A stretch of 64,000 nucleotides of DNA from Eledone cirrhosa (lineage: Eukaryota), in contig OZ024744.1 in assembly GCA_964016885.1 (NCBI GenBank), forward strand, positions 107,942,001-108,006,000, given 5' to 3'. The stretch's first letter is position 1. Each line of letters starts with the position of its first letter. This document shows positions 1 through 12,080 of the stretch, piece after piece. The notes beneath the pieces are model-generated. The model was not told the DNA's origin and searched no databases. It saw only the letters and a program-made list of their open reading frames with translations. Both the position numbers and the translations under genes were made by a program.

Positions 1-286
1 TATTTGATGTATCATATCTACATGTATATATACTTGTGTATAATATCAATATGCACACTACACATGCTAGCAGAAAACCACGCGAAGGGTGGTTTTTCTG
101 CTAGTGTATATAATGAAAATTATATATATAAAATAAGAATGACTGACGAAGACTCTCTCTAAACAGGTAATAATTTCTGTTTGCGTTTAAAAGATTGAAA
201 GTTTGAAATACCTTGGTACAACTTGCGTTTAAAAAACGAAATTTTTTAATGATTCAATCTGTTCAAGGTCAGCCCTTCTCATAGAT

Positions 287-1336
287 TTCCATCCTGCCTC
301 CAACACTTCGACGACCTAATTTTTGAGAGACTCGAGTACTTGGTCAATGTCAGACTATCTCCAGAGACCCGCGATCAGGCTGCGTTGCCCGAGCGATTTG
401 GGAGTCTTGGTCTTCGTAAGTGTTCATCCCTCCCTCTCCCCTACTTCCTTTCCTCCACCCCGGTCGGCAACATCCTCTCCTCTCCAACATGGACCAGTTC
501 CAACAGGGAGTTGGATGAAGCTCTCCAACAATGTAGTGAGTTGGGCTTGTCTGTTCCTGGGAAGGTGGACGACAATCGAAGACAGCTTGGTACAGCATAA
601 GTTAGAAGGCCACCTTCGACTCCCTCTTCATCCAGTCAGATCAGTTTTCAAGGTGCCGCTTACTGTCTGCCAGTGCCAAATACTCAGGCGACTGGGTTGA
701 TGCCCTACCCGTGGCCAACGTTGGTGGCCTACTCAGCTTGGACGAACTTCGTGTCCCCATTTCCCTCAGAGTGGGAGCTGACGTCTGTAGTGGTCTGAGA
801 TGTCGATGTGGCAAACTTCTCGACATCATAGGTCTCCACGGTCTTTCTTGCCGCCTGAATACCAGTTGTTTCACGCGTCACGCGGAGCTAAGCCTTATTC
901 TCAAGAGAGCTTTGGCCCAGGAAAACATCCACTCAATCTTGGAACCATCTGGATTGTACAGAATTGATGGGAAAAGACCTGACGGCCTTACCCTGTGCCC
1001 CTGGTCGAGAGGCAGGTGCCTTATCTGGGATGTCACAGTTAGTAACTCGTTTGCTTCTTCCCACATCCTGGATGCTGCAGTTAGGGCGAGAGCCACAGCT
1101 TCCGCAACCGAACGGAACAAAATCCTAAAATACCGTGATCTCTCGGCCAACTATATTCTCCAGCCTGTGGCGTTCGAGACGTTTGGGGGAGTCGGACTAC
1201 TCTGACTGCAAGATTCCTATCATCACTGGCGGCTCGCCTAACAAAGGTAAGTGGTGAAACTCGTGAGGGCACTTGGTTGTTCCAGTGCATCAGCCTCGCC
1301 ATCACCCGAGGTAATGCTGCGAGCATGCTGACTTAA
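287..1336 (+). mobile_element. CRE-clade (restriction-like endonuclease) non-LTR retrotransposon, degraded 3' fragment
   Basis: QAALP..FGSLGLR (340-600); zinc knuckle CRCGK..HGLSC; RH..EP..RPD..WDVTV..E..K..KY..FE.FG (PD-(D/E)xK nuclease, 711-1205); C-terminal WLFQCISLAITRGNAASML in another frame. Confidence 0.85.
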
Positions 1337-1700
1337 AAAATCATTACAGAGGTTTCTCAGTGCTCCTTGCGATACTGTCCACCCCCTTTGCCTGCCTTTT
1401 GTTGTATGTGGTCTAAGATATGTGTTGTTTTTTTTAATACATATTTATATATATTTCACTGAGGACTATCAGTTATGATAACCCGAGCTCTTCAGATGAG
1501 AAAACCTATAGAAACAATGAAAGTTCCTAAAAAAAAACCTTTAAATTTTGAAAAAATCCAATAACTTCCTCTAAAAAGATTTTCTTTTCATGATACAGGG
1601 GGGGGGGGGGGGCAGACACGTGGTGTTGTTACTTCGACAGCCGACCCGTACAATTTATACAGGTTGTTGAGCACTTTTTTTTATCTGCTTCACAACTGAC

Positions 1701-1945
1701 AGCTATAATATTAACAAAGTCAGAAAGAATACTGTAGACAAATTAAAATTGGAATACCAATCCTTGTTAATCTCTTAAACTAACAATGCTTGCATGTCAT
1801 GTGTCTACAGGATGGATGGGGTTCATTGGTTTAAATAAAAGGGAAATTCTTTAGAAGCTAATTCTTTAAGGCTGAAATAAGGGTGACAAAGGCAGAAAGG
1901 GTTCCAAGTGTTGGCGTGCTTTCCCTTGTGAAGTTTCTGTACATT
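1701..1945 (+). repeat. ~245-bp interspersed repeat, copy 1
   Basis: Reverse complement at 12598-12843 (shared ttagaagctaattctttaaggctgaaataagggtgacaaaggcagaaag). Confidence 0.85.
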
Positions 1946-1949
1946 TTAC

Positions 1950-2980
1950 ATCACCTGAAAAACCTCTTCACTGGCCTCACCGGAGGATTATACCGAGACG
2001 ACGGCCTCTTCGCCTTGCACAAGGTTAACCCCAGAACCACCGATGGGTTTCGGAGAAACTTAAGCTCGTTCTTCCGTAATCTAGGATTTAGTATAACCAT
2101 AGAATCTAATATGACTAGGGGCAACTTTTTAGATGTCCCTCTCGACCTAGATACTTCCCTCTATTACCCGTACCACAAACCTAACGAGTCCCTTAGATAT
2201 ATTAATGTTAATTCTAACCACCCCCAAAACATCACTGATAACTTAGTAAAAAGCGTCTCAGTTAGAATCTCCGGCCTCTCGGCCAATGAAGATATATTTA
2301 ACGCCTCTGCCTCCTATGTACAATAACGCCCTCGCCCGCAGAGGATTTAAAGAAAAGATCACTTACCTAGAAACCACCCCAAGAATAGGCATAGGCAGAT
2401 TAGTTGGTACCCCCCCCCCTTTTCAATAGAGAGGTCTCTACACCTATAGCTAGGACTTCCTTCATTTTACAGAACATACACTTCCCCATACAACATAGGC
2501 ACTACACATCTTCAATAAGAACACAATAAGACTCTCCTACTCCACTACACCTAACCTAGCTAGGAATATAGCCAATCTCAACTCTAAAAAATTAAATAAG
2601 CCTACTACCCCCGAACCTAATCCCCGGACGGAAGCCTTGTGCAACTGCCTAAATAAGGAAGCCTGCCTACTTGAAAACACATGCCTGACAAATGACATCG
2701 TATACAAATGTGATGTCATCTCAGGCACCGATAACGGCAACAACAAAAAGAATTACAAGGAACTCCACCTCCTTCACGCTTAAATGGAAAATACTCCAGA
2801 AAGCGCGCTCATACAAGGGAGGACACAAGTGCTGCAACCTTAGTATTTCAGAGAGCTACGAAATATTATTTGCCAAGGGCCCGCTACTGAACAAACCTTC
2901 TGAACACTGCTCGAATTGCATGCACAAAAACTTTGCATCATTCAAATACCTTAAGCCAGTGTTGATGCCAGATGGCTAAA
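1950..2980 (+). mobile_element. Penelope-like element fragment (RT C-terminus/thumb plus partial GIY-YIG region), frameshifted
   Basis: GLYRDDGL, NFLDV.LDL, PYHKPN..YINVNSNHP, CNC.NK..CL...IVYKC, WKIL.KA.SY.GG.KCCNL..SE...LLNK.SE. Confidence 0.85.
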
Positions 2981-3292
2981 AAAGATTTCCTTTTTTTTTT
3001 TTTTTAAACCCTACTTGACAAAATCTTACCCCAACCCTACCCACTCTCGACCCGAAACACGGCAATACGGTTATGTAAGTACTTCTTACCTATCTGCTCT
3101 TTCCGCATGTAGAGCGTACTTCATTTTTATACATGTATGTGTGTGTGCATGCGTATATTTATGAGTGTATGTACGTATGTGTATGAGTGGCTGTATGTAT
3201 GTGTATGTTTGTGTGTATGCACGTATATATGTATGTGTATGTATGTGCGTATGTGTGTATATATGTATACACACACACACACACATATATTT

Positions 3293-4262
<970 letters not shown>

Positions 4263-4621
4263 CACTCGAGATTTTATCCTTGATAAGATATTTCCGAAAG
4301 CGAACGAAACCCTAAGGGTAGAAACGTAATTCTGGTATGTGTATATGCATTTTTTCTTCTAACTTTAATTTTATACCTAATTGTGTATTGTTGACGCTAT
4401 ATTTAATCGATTTCCACGTGCTATTGAAATGTTGGGTAAATATTCTATAGCGGTTGATCGCGAATAAATTGCTGTCGTTTATTTATCTACTATTTCTTCA
4501 TAGGTGCCTTTTAATCTTATAGCCTGGTTTAATTGATTTTTTTTTGTGTGGTTGATTATGCTAATTGGGAGAGGAAATGGTGTATATATATTATAAAATG
4601 ATTCTATGCACATACTTTATA

Positions 4622-4675
<54 letters not shown>

Positions 4676-4679
<4 letters not shown>

Positions 4680-5143
4680 AGTATGTTTTGAAACAGTGAG
4701 CGAGTTTGAAATTAGAAATATAAGCTTTCACTAAAGACATTTTTCACTAAAGACATTTTTAGCCTGATAGTGGGGTTTAGAACCCTCAGAGAAATACTCA
4801 TCTTTTTCCATTTCTCTGAGAGTTCTAAACCCCACTATCAGGCTAAAAATTTCTTTAGTAAAAAATACGGTGAAAGCTTATATCTCTAATTTCAAACTCA
4901 CTCAGTTTCAAAACATACTTACTTGTCATTTACTTGCTAAGAATGTACCTTCTAATTTGATGGAAGGAGATGGGTAATATGTTGGTCTAATGGTAGCACA
5001 GTGGTCTGGATAACCAAAGATATCGTTTCGACTCCCATGTATGTCAATACTCTTCTTTTTCCATTTCTCTGAGGGTTTTAAACCCCACTACCAGGCTAAA
5101 CATTTCTTTAGTCAAAAATACGGTGAAAGCAAATATTTCTAAT
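4676..5143. repeat. Fold-back plus partial-tandem repeat
   Basis: 4676-4795 is inverted against ~4810-4923; ~4794-4890 is directly repeated at ~5046-5143. Confidence 0.85.
4973..5047 (+). pseudogene. tRNA-like sequence (degenerate tRNA gene or SINE head)
   Basis: A-box TGGTCTAATGG, anticodon-like hairpin tggt-ctggata-acca, B-box GTTTCGACTCC, T5 run about 10 nt downstream. Confidence 0.55.
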
Positions 5144-5514
5144 ATATATATATCATGTTCCACATTACCCTCTTTTTTTTCTTTTTTCTTTTCACTTCAA
5201 AAACCTTGTTTGTAAATAACATTATTCTTTCTTCACCATTTCCTTAACATGTTCAACATCACCAACATTTTAGACCAATACAAATTCTCCCCTTTGATAA
5301 TGCATAAAATGCTGAAACCGGTAATAGACAATTATTAAATATATAAATAAATAAATAAATAAATGCCATTGTTAATTAATAAATAAATTAACTAATACCT
5401 TAACACTTCACGCAAAGTAAAATATTTTGTTTTAAACATTTTCTACCCCAGAAAAAAGAGAAAAAAATAAAAGGGAAAAAAATATTTTTCTTCCTAATAA
5501 TCGTCTTTCCCTAT

Positions 5515-5585
<71 letters not shown>

Positions 5586-5809
5586 TGTGAGTGTGTGTAT
5601 ATATTTGTGTGTATATGTGTATGTGTGTTTGTATTTGTGTGTGTATATATATATATGTGTATATGCATACACACACATGTATATATATGTAAATGTATGT
5701 ATATATATGTGCATATATATATATATATGTGTGTGTGTGTGTATGTATGTATTTATATGTGGATGTAAGTGTGTGTATGTGTATTTATATATATATGTGT
5801 ATGTATGTG

Positions 5810-5845
<36 letters not shown>

Positions 5846-5847
<2 letters not shown>

Positions 5848-5947
5848 CACTGGTCTGTTGGAGACGCAGGACATGGCAGCGATAATGAGGGACAGAGACC
5901 GCTGGAGAGAACTCGTCCATGGATCTCGGGAATTTTACTCGCCCTAG
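5846..5947 (+). mobile_element. RTE-like LINE extreme 3' fragment
   Basis: NTGL....[16 protein letters not shown] resembles the C-terminus of the RTE ORF at 26128-27579 (DTGI...DLGAAMGDREFW). Confidence 0.6.
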
Positions 5948-5994
5948 AAATATATATGTGATTATATATATATATGTGTGTGTATCTATATGTA

Positions 5995-6476
5995 TCTGGG
6001 GTCGATTAGAAAACCTGAAACTTTACTCACTCCAACGTCGCCGTGAGCGTTATATTATCTGCATGATGTGGAAAATGTTCCATCATCACTGCCCAAATGA
6101 TGTTGGCATCGCCTTCAAGATACACCCAAGGCTTGGGCCCCGTGCTATCCGTCCCATTCAAAAATCTAAATCGCAACTCATAACAACAATACGGCACAAT
6201 TATTTCACCTCAATCGGCCCTGCTCTCTTCAACATCACACCAGGACACGTCAAAACAGAAACTGACCACACAAAATTCAAGAAGTCTTTGGACAAATTCC
6301 TCCAAGTAATCCCGGACAAACCACCCACACCCGGATATGTCTCCGCAAACAGTAATTCTCTTCTCGAATGGGCCATGGTGCCCAAATCCTGAATTGAAAG
6401 ACTTCGCCAGGTGGTGCTATTAAGTTAGACATGGCCTGGGCCAATACTGGCCAAAACATTTCAAAGTTATTCAAAG

Positions 6477-6480
<4 letters not shown>
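5995..6480 (+). mobile_element. CR1-group LINE 3' fragment
   Basis: RL..LKLYSLQRRRERY...GPALFN...FKKSLDKFL..IPDKP...NSLLEW; ends in a short tandem tail (ttcaaagtta)x2. Confidence 0.8.
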
Positions 6481-6535
<55 letters not shown>

Positions 6536-6805
6536 TAGATAGATAGATATATAGATAGATAGATAGATAGATAAATTTCTATTTATTTGCCACGAGGGCA
6601 CAAAAGAAGGGGACATTTACACAGTGGGGGAGTTTACATAAATCGAGTAAAGAAAAAAGGAATAACAATAATAATATAACAATAAAAAGTCCTCAAAAGG
6701 GAGGGGGCGTGTTGGGGATTGCACATACCCCCGAAAAGTGTGCAACTCTTTTCGCGGGGGAAGCCCAGAGAGGAGGCGCTCCCCCTTTCCTCTTCACTTC
6801 TTCAC

Positions 6806-9800
6806 CTACAGAACAATGTAGAGAGAAGGCCCATTTACACGGGCCATTCTCGCTTCTTTCACCCACCTTTCATAAAACTGTCTGGGACCAAGCACTTCTC
6901 TCTCCATCCTGATTCTTCTTCCGAAGTGGTATCGGAAGAAGTAAACCAGGTGATGGCCGGAGAGAAAGTCACCCGACCTCAGACCTTTCAGGCGCGTCCA
7001 CCACACAACCTCTTTCATCATGGCTATTACGCACAGAAAGACCGCCTCTGCTTCATTTCTGAAGGGAGGAGGCGGCTTGATGTTCACCACAGACTCGGCG
7101 GTTAATCGAATCGGCGCCACACGCGACAGCAGTCGTTCGACGTAGCCCCACAGATCGGCAACGCCCGGGCAGTGTACCAGTGCATGCGCAACGGTTTCCT
7201 CGTCGCGCACGCATCTGGGACAGATCTTTTTCGCGGGATCCCTGCCCGGGCGCCCGTGTCTGTAGAGCTTTTCTCGAACGGGCAGAGCCCCCCGGTAACA
7301 CTGCCAGGCTAGGGACCTCTGGAAGTTGTCCATGGGTCCCGGGCCGAAAGTTCTACCGAACAGGCTGGCCAGTTCGTCCTCCTCCATGCCTAGCGACTCT
7401 CCAAGGGTGTCGTCGCCCCTGCTAGCCACCAACCCTCTATAGAATGTTGAGGTGGATTCTCCACTGACAGTCGGGTCCGCTTGCCAGATAGCCGTGAGCG
7501 CCTGGGCACACTCAGTGTGCCAGTTGCCCAGTTTTCTCGGTCTTTGCTTCACCCAGGATTGCAGTTCGGTGAGCGAGACGAGCTGTGGGAAGGCTCGCCT
7601 CACAAACGGGGCCCACACCGGCTGACCGTTGAGGAATACCTGTAGATGCCGTAGCCTCAATGCGTGCCTACGCATCAACAGCCACGGCATACCCAGCCCT
7701 CCTTTCGAAGGGTGCTGGCAGCAGATGGATCTCCTCACCATGGGAGGCCGCTTCTTCCAGAGGAACTGGAAGAGCATGCGTTCCATGATGGTGAGCTTTT
7801 CCTTGGGGCAAGGCACGACGGTCAGGCGGTAGTAGATGACGGACGCTATGTAAGCGTTCGTCACCTCCGCCCGACCTTTCAGTGATAGTTTGCACTTGGC
7901 CCACTTCTGGGTCAGCGCAAACACCCTGCTCGTCACCTCGCCCCAATTCTTCTCCACCTGGAGGTCCGGTCCGAACCAGACCCCGAGCAGCTTCACCGGG
8001 CCCTCCGTCCACCGCCCGACGACACCGTCTAACGGCATCGGTTTGCCCCTCCACGTTCCGAGTTGCAAACCGACTGACTTGTCCTGGTTCAGCTTAGCCC
8101 CCGTCAGCCTTTCGTATTCCTCCAGTAGGGTGGCGATCGCCCCGATTTCCGAGGCGTCCGCCACCATTACTGTTACGTCGTCGGCATAGGCCGAGACCGC
8201 TTTGTGCAATCCCGGTTCCAGGGGTATGCCCCGCAGCAACTCCAACTTCCGCAGCAGTGGCTCGAGAGTCAATACGTACAGAAGGGAGGAGAGGGGGCAC
8301 CCCTGTCTGATGGATCGGGTGATTTGAAACGGCTCCGAGAGGTAGCCGTTTACTTTAATCCTAGAGTAGATGTTGCCACTGTGCATGGCAGAAATCCAGC
8401 CCCTGAAAACGGGTCCGAAGCCCGCCGCCGCTAGCACCGCATCCAGGTAACCATGGTCGACCCTATCGAACGCCTTAGATTGATCCAAGTTGATCAGGGC
8501 CCCACCAAAGCCGGGTTCGTAGCCAACCCTCTCTATGATGTATCGCATGAGGTGGAGGTTGTCGTGAATGGACCTGGACGGGATAGCGCATGTCTGCGCG
8601 TCTCCCACCAAACCACCCACCACAAGCGCCAACCTCTTCGCCAACACCTTGGCCAAAATCTGTAACTCTGCATTCAGCAGAGTTATGGGCCTAAAGTTAC
8701 TTAAGTCGTCCCCCTTGCTCTCGTCCTTCCTCACTAGCGTGACCACGCCCTTGGTCACAGAACAGGGAATTCTCCCGTTCTGTTGCCAGTTGCAATAGAC
8801 AGCCTCGAGGAGTTCGGAGAACAAGACCGGCATAGCTAAATAAAGTTCGTATGGTAGACCATCGAGACCCGGGGATTTGCGTCTGCTGCATTGGCTGAGC
8901 GCTTCCCCGATTTCAGTGGCTGTGATTGGCCCTTCGCAGCACTCCGCTTCGCCGCTCGAAAGACGCGGTAGACCGTCGAGGTATGGACCGAAGTCCACAT
9001 CCCCGTCCGGCCCCCCGCCACCTCCGAACAGTCGAGCAAAGTGCCTTTGAAAGGTCTCGCACATTCGCTCAGGTTCAAGGATCACCCGTCCATCCTGGTC
9101 TCGCAAAGACCGAATGGTGGATTTAATCCCACTCTTGGCTTCTGTCACGCGGGCCCAGCTAACAGCTTTGGTCCCCTCGTTTCCTAAAGCACGTATTTTA
9201 CTTCGGACAACGCAGCCTTCGTGCTTCGTGTCAAAGAACTGGCTCAATGCCGTTCTCGTCGCTAACACTCTGGCTACGTCTCCGCTCCTAATCGCCTCTT
9301 CTAGTTTATCTGTTAACTCCCTCTCCCTCCTATTTCTATTCGCCGCTAGTTCCTTACTGTAACCTATCGAACTTACTCTAATCTCTCTCTTTAGAGATAT
9401 CCACCACCTACTGTTGACGATCGCTCCCGTCAACCGCATCTTAACTAAGCTACTAATCCGGTTTCTGTAATCTTTCTTTGTCGGTAAGGACAAGTTCATC
9501 TTCCAGTAACCGGGACCCTGTCTATGCGTTCTATCAAGGTTGACCACGCAGGTCACTAATTTGTGATCTGAATAGCCAACCATGATCAGTTCTGGACAAC
9601 TAAATACGTCCCTATCCTTACTCCTAACCAAAAACCTATCTAGGTACGATCTAGATTGTCCACTGCGGTTTGCCCAGGTCCAGGTTGGCGCAGTTGGACA
9701 ATCTAGTCGAAATCTATCGACCAGGTCGAATCGATCGAGTAACCCCTTGAGGCTGCTACACCCCCCTCTATCGGGACATGCCCCTGCATAGTCCCAACGC

Positions 9801-10237
9801 GCATCTAGGATTCCATTCCAGTCCCCCACTAAAAGCAGGGAACGCGACGTTCCTAGAAAAGTCTCCAGACGTTGGAAGAAGTCGGCTCTCTCCGCCCCGA
9901 AGGGAGCATAAAGACCGACCAGTCTGAAAGCCCCGCCTTCACCACCTCCGACGTCCAGCACCAGTAATCGACCCCCCGGGTCCGAGTGAACAATCTGTAC
10001 GTCGAGAGTTAGACGTTTATCCAGCAGTACGGCAACTCCCCCCCCCCCGCCTCCGGGTTGACAGAGAGATGCGTGCATCTCAAAGTCATCGAAGGCGGGC
10101 GCCAGCTGTCTCACGCTGCTGATCCGACTCTCGCAAACAACCATCACATCTATACTTTGTGACCTGAGGTCACTTAGAAGCTTTGCTTGCTTCCAAGCTG
10201 AGCTCAGGCCACGCGCGTTCAAACAGCCAACTCTCAA
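6806..10237 (-). CDS. Tx1-like ORF2: APE endonuclease, reverse transcriptase and C-terminal Cys/His motif (1143 codons, TTG start)
   Basis: CLNARG, GDWN, SYLDR, SDH, GYWK.N, SPGLDG, NFRPITLLN, LDQSKAFD, RQGCPLS, YADD, KLLGV, CPRC..ET..HALVHC; no internal stop. Confidence 0.92.
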   Translation of the reverse strand: MRVGCLNARGLSSAWKQAKLLSDLRSQSIDVMVVCESRISSVRQLAPAFDDFEMHASLCQPGGGGGGVAVLLDKRLTLDVQIVHSDPGGRLLVLDVGGGEGGAFRLVGLYAPFGAERADFFQRLETFLGTSRSLLLVGDWNGILDARWDYAGACPDRGGCSSLKGLLDRFDLVDRFRLDCPTAPTWTWANRSGQSRSYLDRFLVRSKDRDVFSCPELIMVGYSDHKLVTCVVNLDRTHRQGPGYWKMNLSLPTKKDYRNRISSLVKMRLTGAIVNSRWWISLKREIRVSSIGYSKELAANRNRRERELTDKLEEAIRSGDVARVLATRTALSQFFDTKHEGCVVRSKIRALGNEGTKAVSWARVTEAKSGIKSTIRSLRDQDGRVILEPERMCETFQRHFARLFGGGGGPDGDVDFGPYLDGLPRLSSGEAECCEGPITATEIGEALSQCSRRKSPGLDGLPYELYLAMPVLFSELLEAVYCNWQQNGRIPCSVTKGVVTLVRKDESKGDDLSNFRPITLLNAELQILAKVLAKRLALVVGGLVGDAQTCAIPSRSIHDNLHLMRYIIERVGYEPGFGGALINLDQSKAFDRVDHGYLDAVLAAAGFGPVFRGWISAMHSGNIYSRIKVNGYLSEPFQITRSIRQGCPLSSLLYVLTLEPLLRKLELLRGIPLEPGLHKAVSAYADDVTVMVADASEIGAIATLLEEYERLTGAKLNQDKSVGLQLGTWRGKPMPLDGVVGRWTEGPVKLLGVWFGPDLQVEKNWGEVTSRVFALTQKWAKCKLSLKGRAEVTNAYIASVIYYRLTVVPCPKEKLTIMERMLFQFLWKKRPPMVRRSICCQHPSKGGLGMPWLLMRRHALRLRHLQVFLNGQPVWAPFVRRAFPQLVSLTELQSWVKQRPRKLGNWHTECAQALTAIWQADPTVSGESTSTFYRGLVASRGDDTLGESLGMEEDELASLFGRTFGPGPMDNFQRSLAWQCYRGALPVREKLYRHGRPGRDPAKKICPRCVRDEETVAHALVHCPGVADLWGYVERLLSRVAPIRLTAESVVNIKPPPPFRNEAEAVFLCVIAMMKEVVWWTRLKGLRSGDFLSGHHLVYFFRYHFGRRIRMEREVLGPRQFYERWVKEARMARVNGPSLYIVL

Positions 10238-10445
10238 TTGATCTATTTTGGTGTTGAAAGTGAAGAAAGAAAAGCACTTACCTCTCCGGGTTGCGTAATT
10301 TCCATGGCATCAGGTGTGTTGGGTGGAGGGATGTTTTGTGGTGGTGTGGGGGTACACGTGTGTGGTGGGGTTGGGGTATTTGGAGTTGTGTCAGGGAGAG
10401 GGGCGGTTATGGGGAAATCTTTCAAGAGGACGCGATTCAACGGTT

Positions 10446-12080
10446 TTAAACAGGGGGGGGGCTCACGTCCCGTCTAAATTGTTCTTTTAAGGAACGATAA
10501 AGGTCCAGAGGGACCTTTATCATTTTTAAATGGGTGAAGTTCTCTGTTGAGATAAAGTTTGGCCCTTCGGTCTGCACCATAGGGTTATTGTTTATTAATT
10601 TAACCAGTTTTTTGTTTTCTTTATTTATATATGTGTATTGCAACGTCTTTTTTTGTGATGCTGTCAATGTTTCGGAGAGGGGAGGCGCAGATTTATTTTT
10701 GTTTGTTGAGGGTGGGGTGTTTTTGATTGGAGTTGGTGTTTGTGTGTGGGTTATTTGTGGTGTGCTGGGTGTGTGTTTTCTTTTTTTTCTTTTAACTTGT
10801 CTGAAGGCTTCTCCTCCTTCTTCTTCAGAAGTTGGGGGAAACTCTTCAGCGCTAGGTGGGAGGGACGTGTTGTGTGGTTGTTTTTTTTTTGCGGGAGGGG
10901 TAGATTTGTTACTGTTTTTTTTATTATTTGTTTGGAATGGGTTTTGTGGTGGTGGTGGTGGTAATGTTTGTGTCGTGCTTGTGGTTGGTAATGGTGGTGG
11001 TGATGTTTGTGTTGTGGTTGGTGGTGGTGATTTTTGTGTCGTGCTTGTGTTTGGTGCTGGTGGTGGTGATGTTTGTGTTGTGTTTGTGGTTGGTGGTGTC
11101 TGTATTTTGTTTGCTGTGTGTGGTATTAGTGTATTTTTGGAGGTGGGTGGTGCTGGTGTACTGTTTGTGGTGGGTGTGGGCAATAGTCCTTTTTGGGGGA
11201 TACGTTTCGGGCAGTTAGCCTTAACGTGTCCCCTTTCCATGCATAAATAGCATGCTGGTCTTCTCCCCTCTACAATTATGTCTATTGGGGTAAGGTCATC
11301 CAGCCAGATGCGATCCGGGATTTGTGCTATTCTTTCGGGCCTCATTTGGACTAGTATGTCGAGGCCCATTCCCAGGAACGCATCTCCAGTTGCCTTCCCC
11401 ATTGACAGCATAGTGTCTTCGCCCATATCAATGAAGCCAGCAATAGCCCACCAGAAGTCCATTGTGGGCAGCATTGTTTTTACTTTTACCCTCTGTGTTC
11501 TTCTACCCATGTAGGAGGGATAGAAGCTATATGTTGTCGACGAGAGTGGGCTTAGGGAAAGCTGAACCGCCGTTTCTTTGTCTCTTGTTAGGACCGAAAT
11601 GCTGCCATAGAGTCGGTCCTTTCGTATGAAGAGAATATTCTTCATATAGTCTTTTAGGACTAACTCTATTTCCATTTGGCTGGGCTGTGCTGGCTTTCTT
11701 GACTGGTTTAGTATAGTTCTGTATATAACTGTGTTTTCTTCTCTGGCTTTCTTGAATTCTGGGGGGGAGTTAATGGAAAACATTCCGTTCTCTCCCAAAA
11801 CAATATGTTTCTTTGCTTCGGCCAGTTTTTCTCTGGCGGCAGTTAGGTCAATTGGTGTGTATGTAATGGATTGCTTTGTTTTCTGGGCGAAAGTTGCCCT
11901 GTCGTTATTTGTATTATTTTCTGTTTGTTTGTTTTCTGTTTGCTCATTTTCCTTAACATTTGTTTTTTCATTTTGTTTGTTTGTTTCAATGTCTAATTTT
12001 GTTGTAATTATTTTTTGTTCTTCAGACTTGGGGGGCGTGGCAGAGCTAATGGCAGACATGTCTGCCATCTTTTCCGCCAT
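10446..12080 (-). CDS. Tx1-like ORF1 (gag-like, CCHC zinc knuckle, Pro/Thr-rich); probably extends to 10243 if the C9 run is C10
   Basis: ATG at 12080; CYLCMERGHVKANC knuckle; PTTTQTSPPP repeats; basic KRKKRK; lies upstream of ORF2. Confidence 0.82.
   Translation of the reverse strand: MAEKMADMSAISSATPPKSEEQKIITTKLDIETNKQNEKTNVKENEQTENKQTENNTNNDRATFAQKTKQSITYTPIDLTAAREKLAEAKKHIVLGENGMFSINSPPEFKKAREENTVIYRTILNQSRKPAQPSQMEIELVLKDYMKNILFIRKDRLYGSISVLTRDKETAVQLSLSPLSSTTYSFYPSYMGRRTQRVKVKTMLPTMDFWWAIAGFIDMGEDTMLSMGKATGDAFLGMGLDILVQMRPERIAQIPDRIWLDDLTPIDIIVEGRRPACYLCMERGHVKANCPKRIPQKGLLPTPTTNSTPAPPTSKNTLIPHTANKIQTPPTTNTTQTSPPPAPNTSTTQKSPPPTTTQTSPPPLPTTSTTQTLPPPPPQNPFQTNNKKNSNKSTPPAKKKQPHNTSLPPSAEEFPPTSEEEGGEAFRQVKRKKRKHTPSTPQITHTQTPTPIKNTPPSTNKNKSAPPLSETLTASQKKTLQYTYINKENKKLVKLINNNPMVQTEGPNFISTENFTHLKMIKVPLDLYRSLKEQFRRDVSPPPV

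Noticed and set aside
67-104. Hairpin ctagcagaaaaccac/gtggtttttctgctag as a terminator
   Set aside because: Eukaryotic DNA with no gene upstream; probably a small fold-back or Helitron-end relic that I cannot assign
1455-1522. HHR candidates at 1455-1522, 4278-4325, 5288-5325 and 23460-23505
   Set aside because: Each lacks an intact CUGANGA, GAAA or UH site
10243-10281. 39-nt intron fusing ORF1 to ORF2
   Set aside because: Length is a multiple of 3, so splicing stays in the ORF1 frame and meets TGA two codons later
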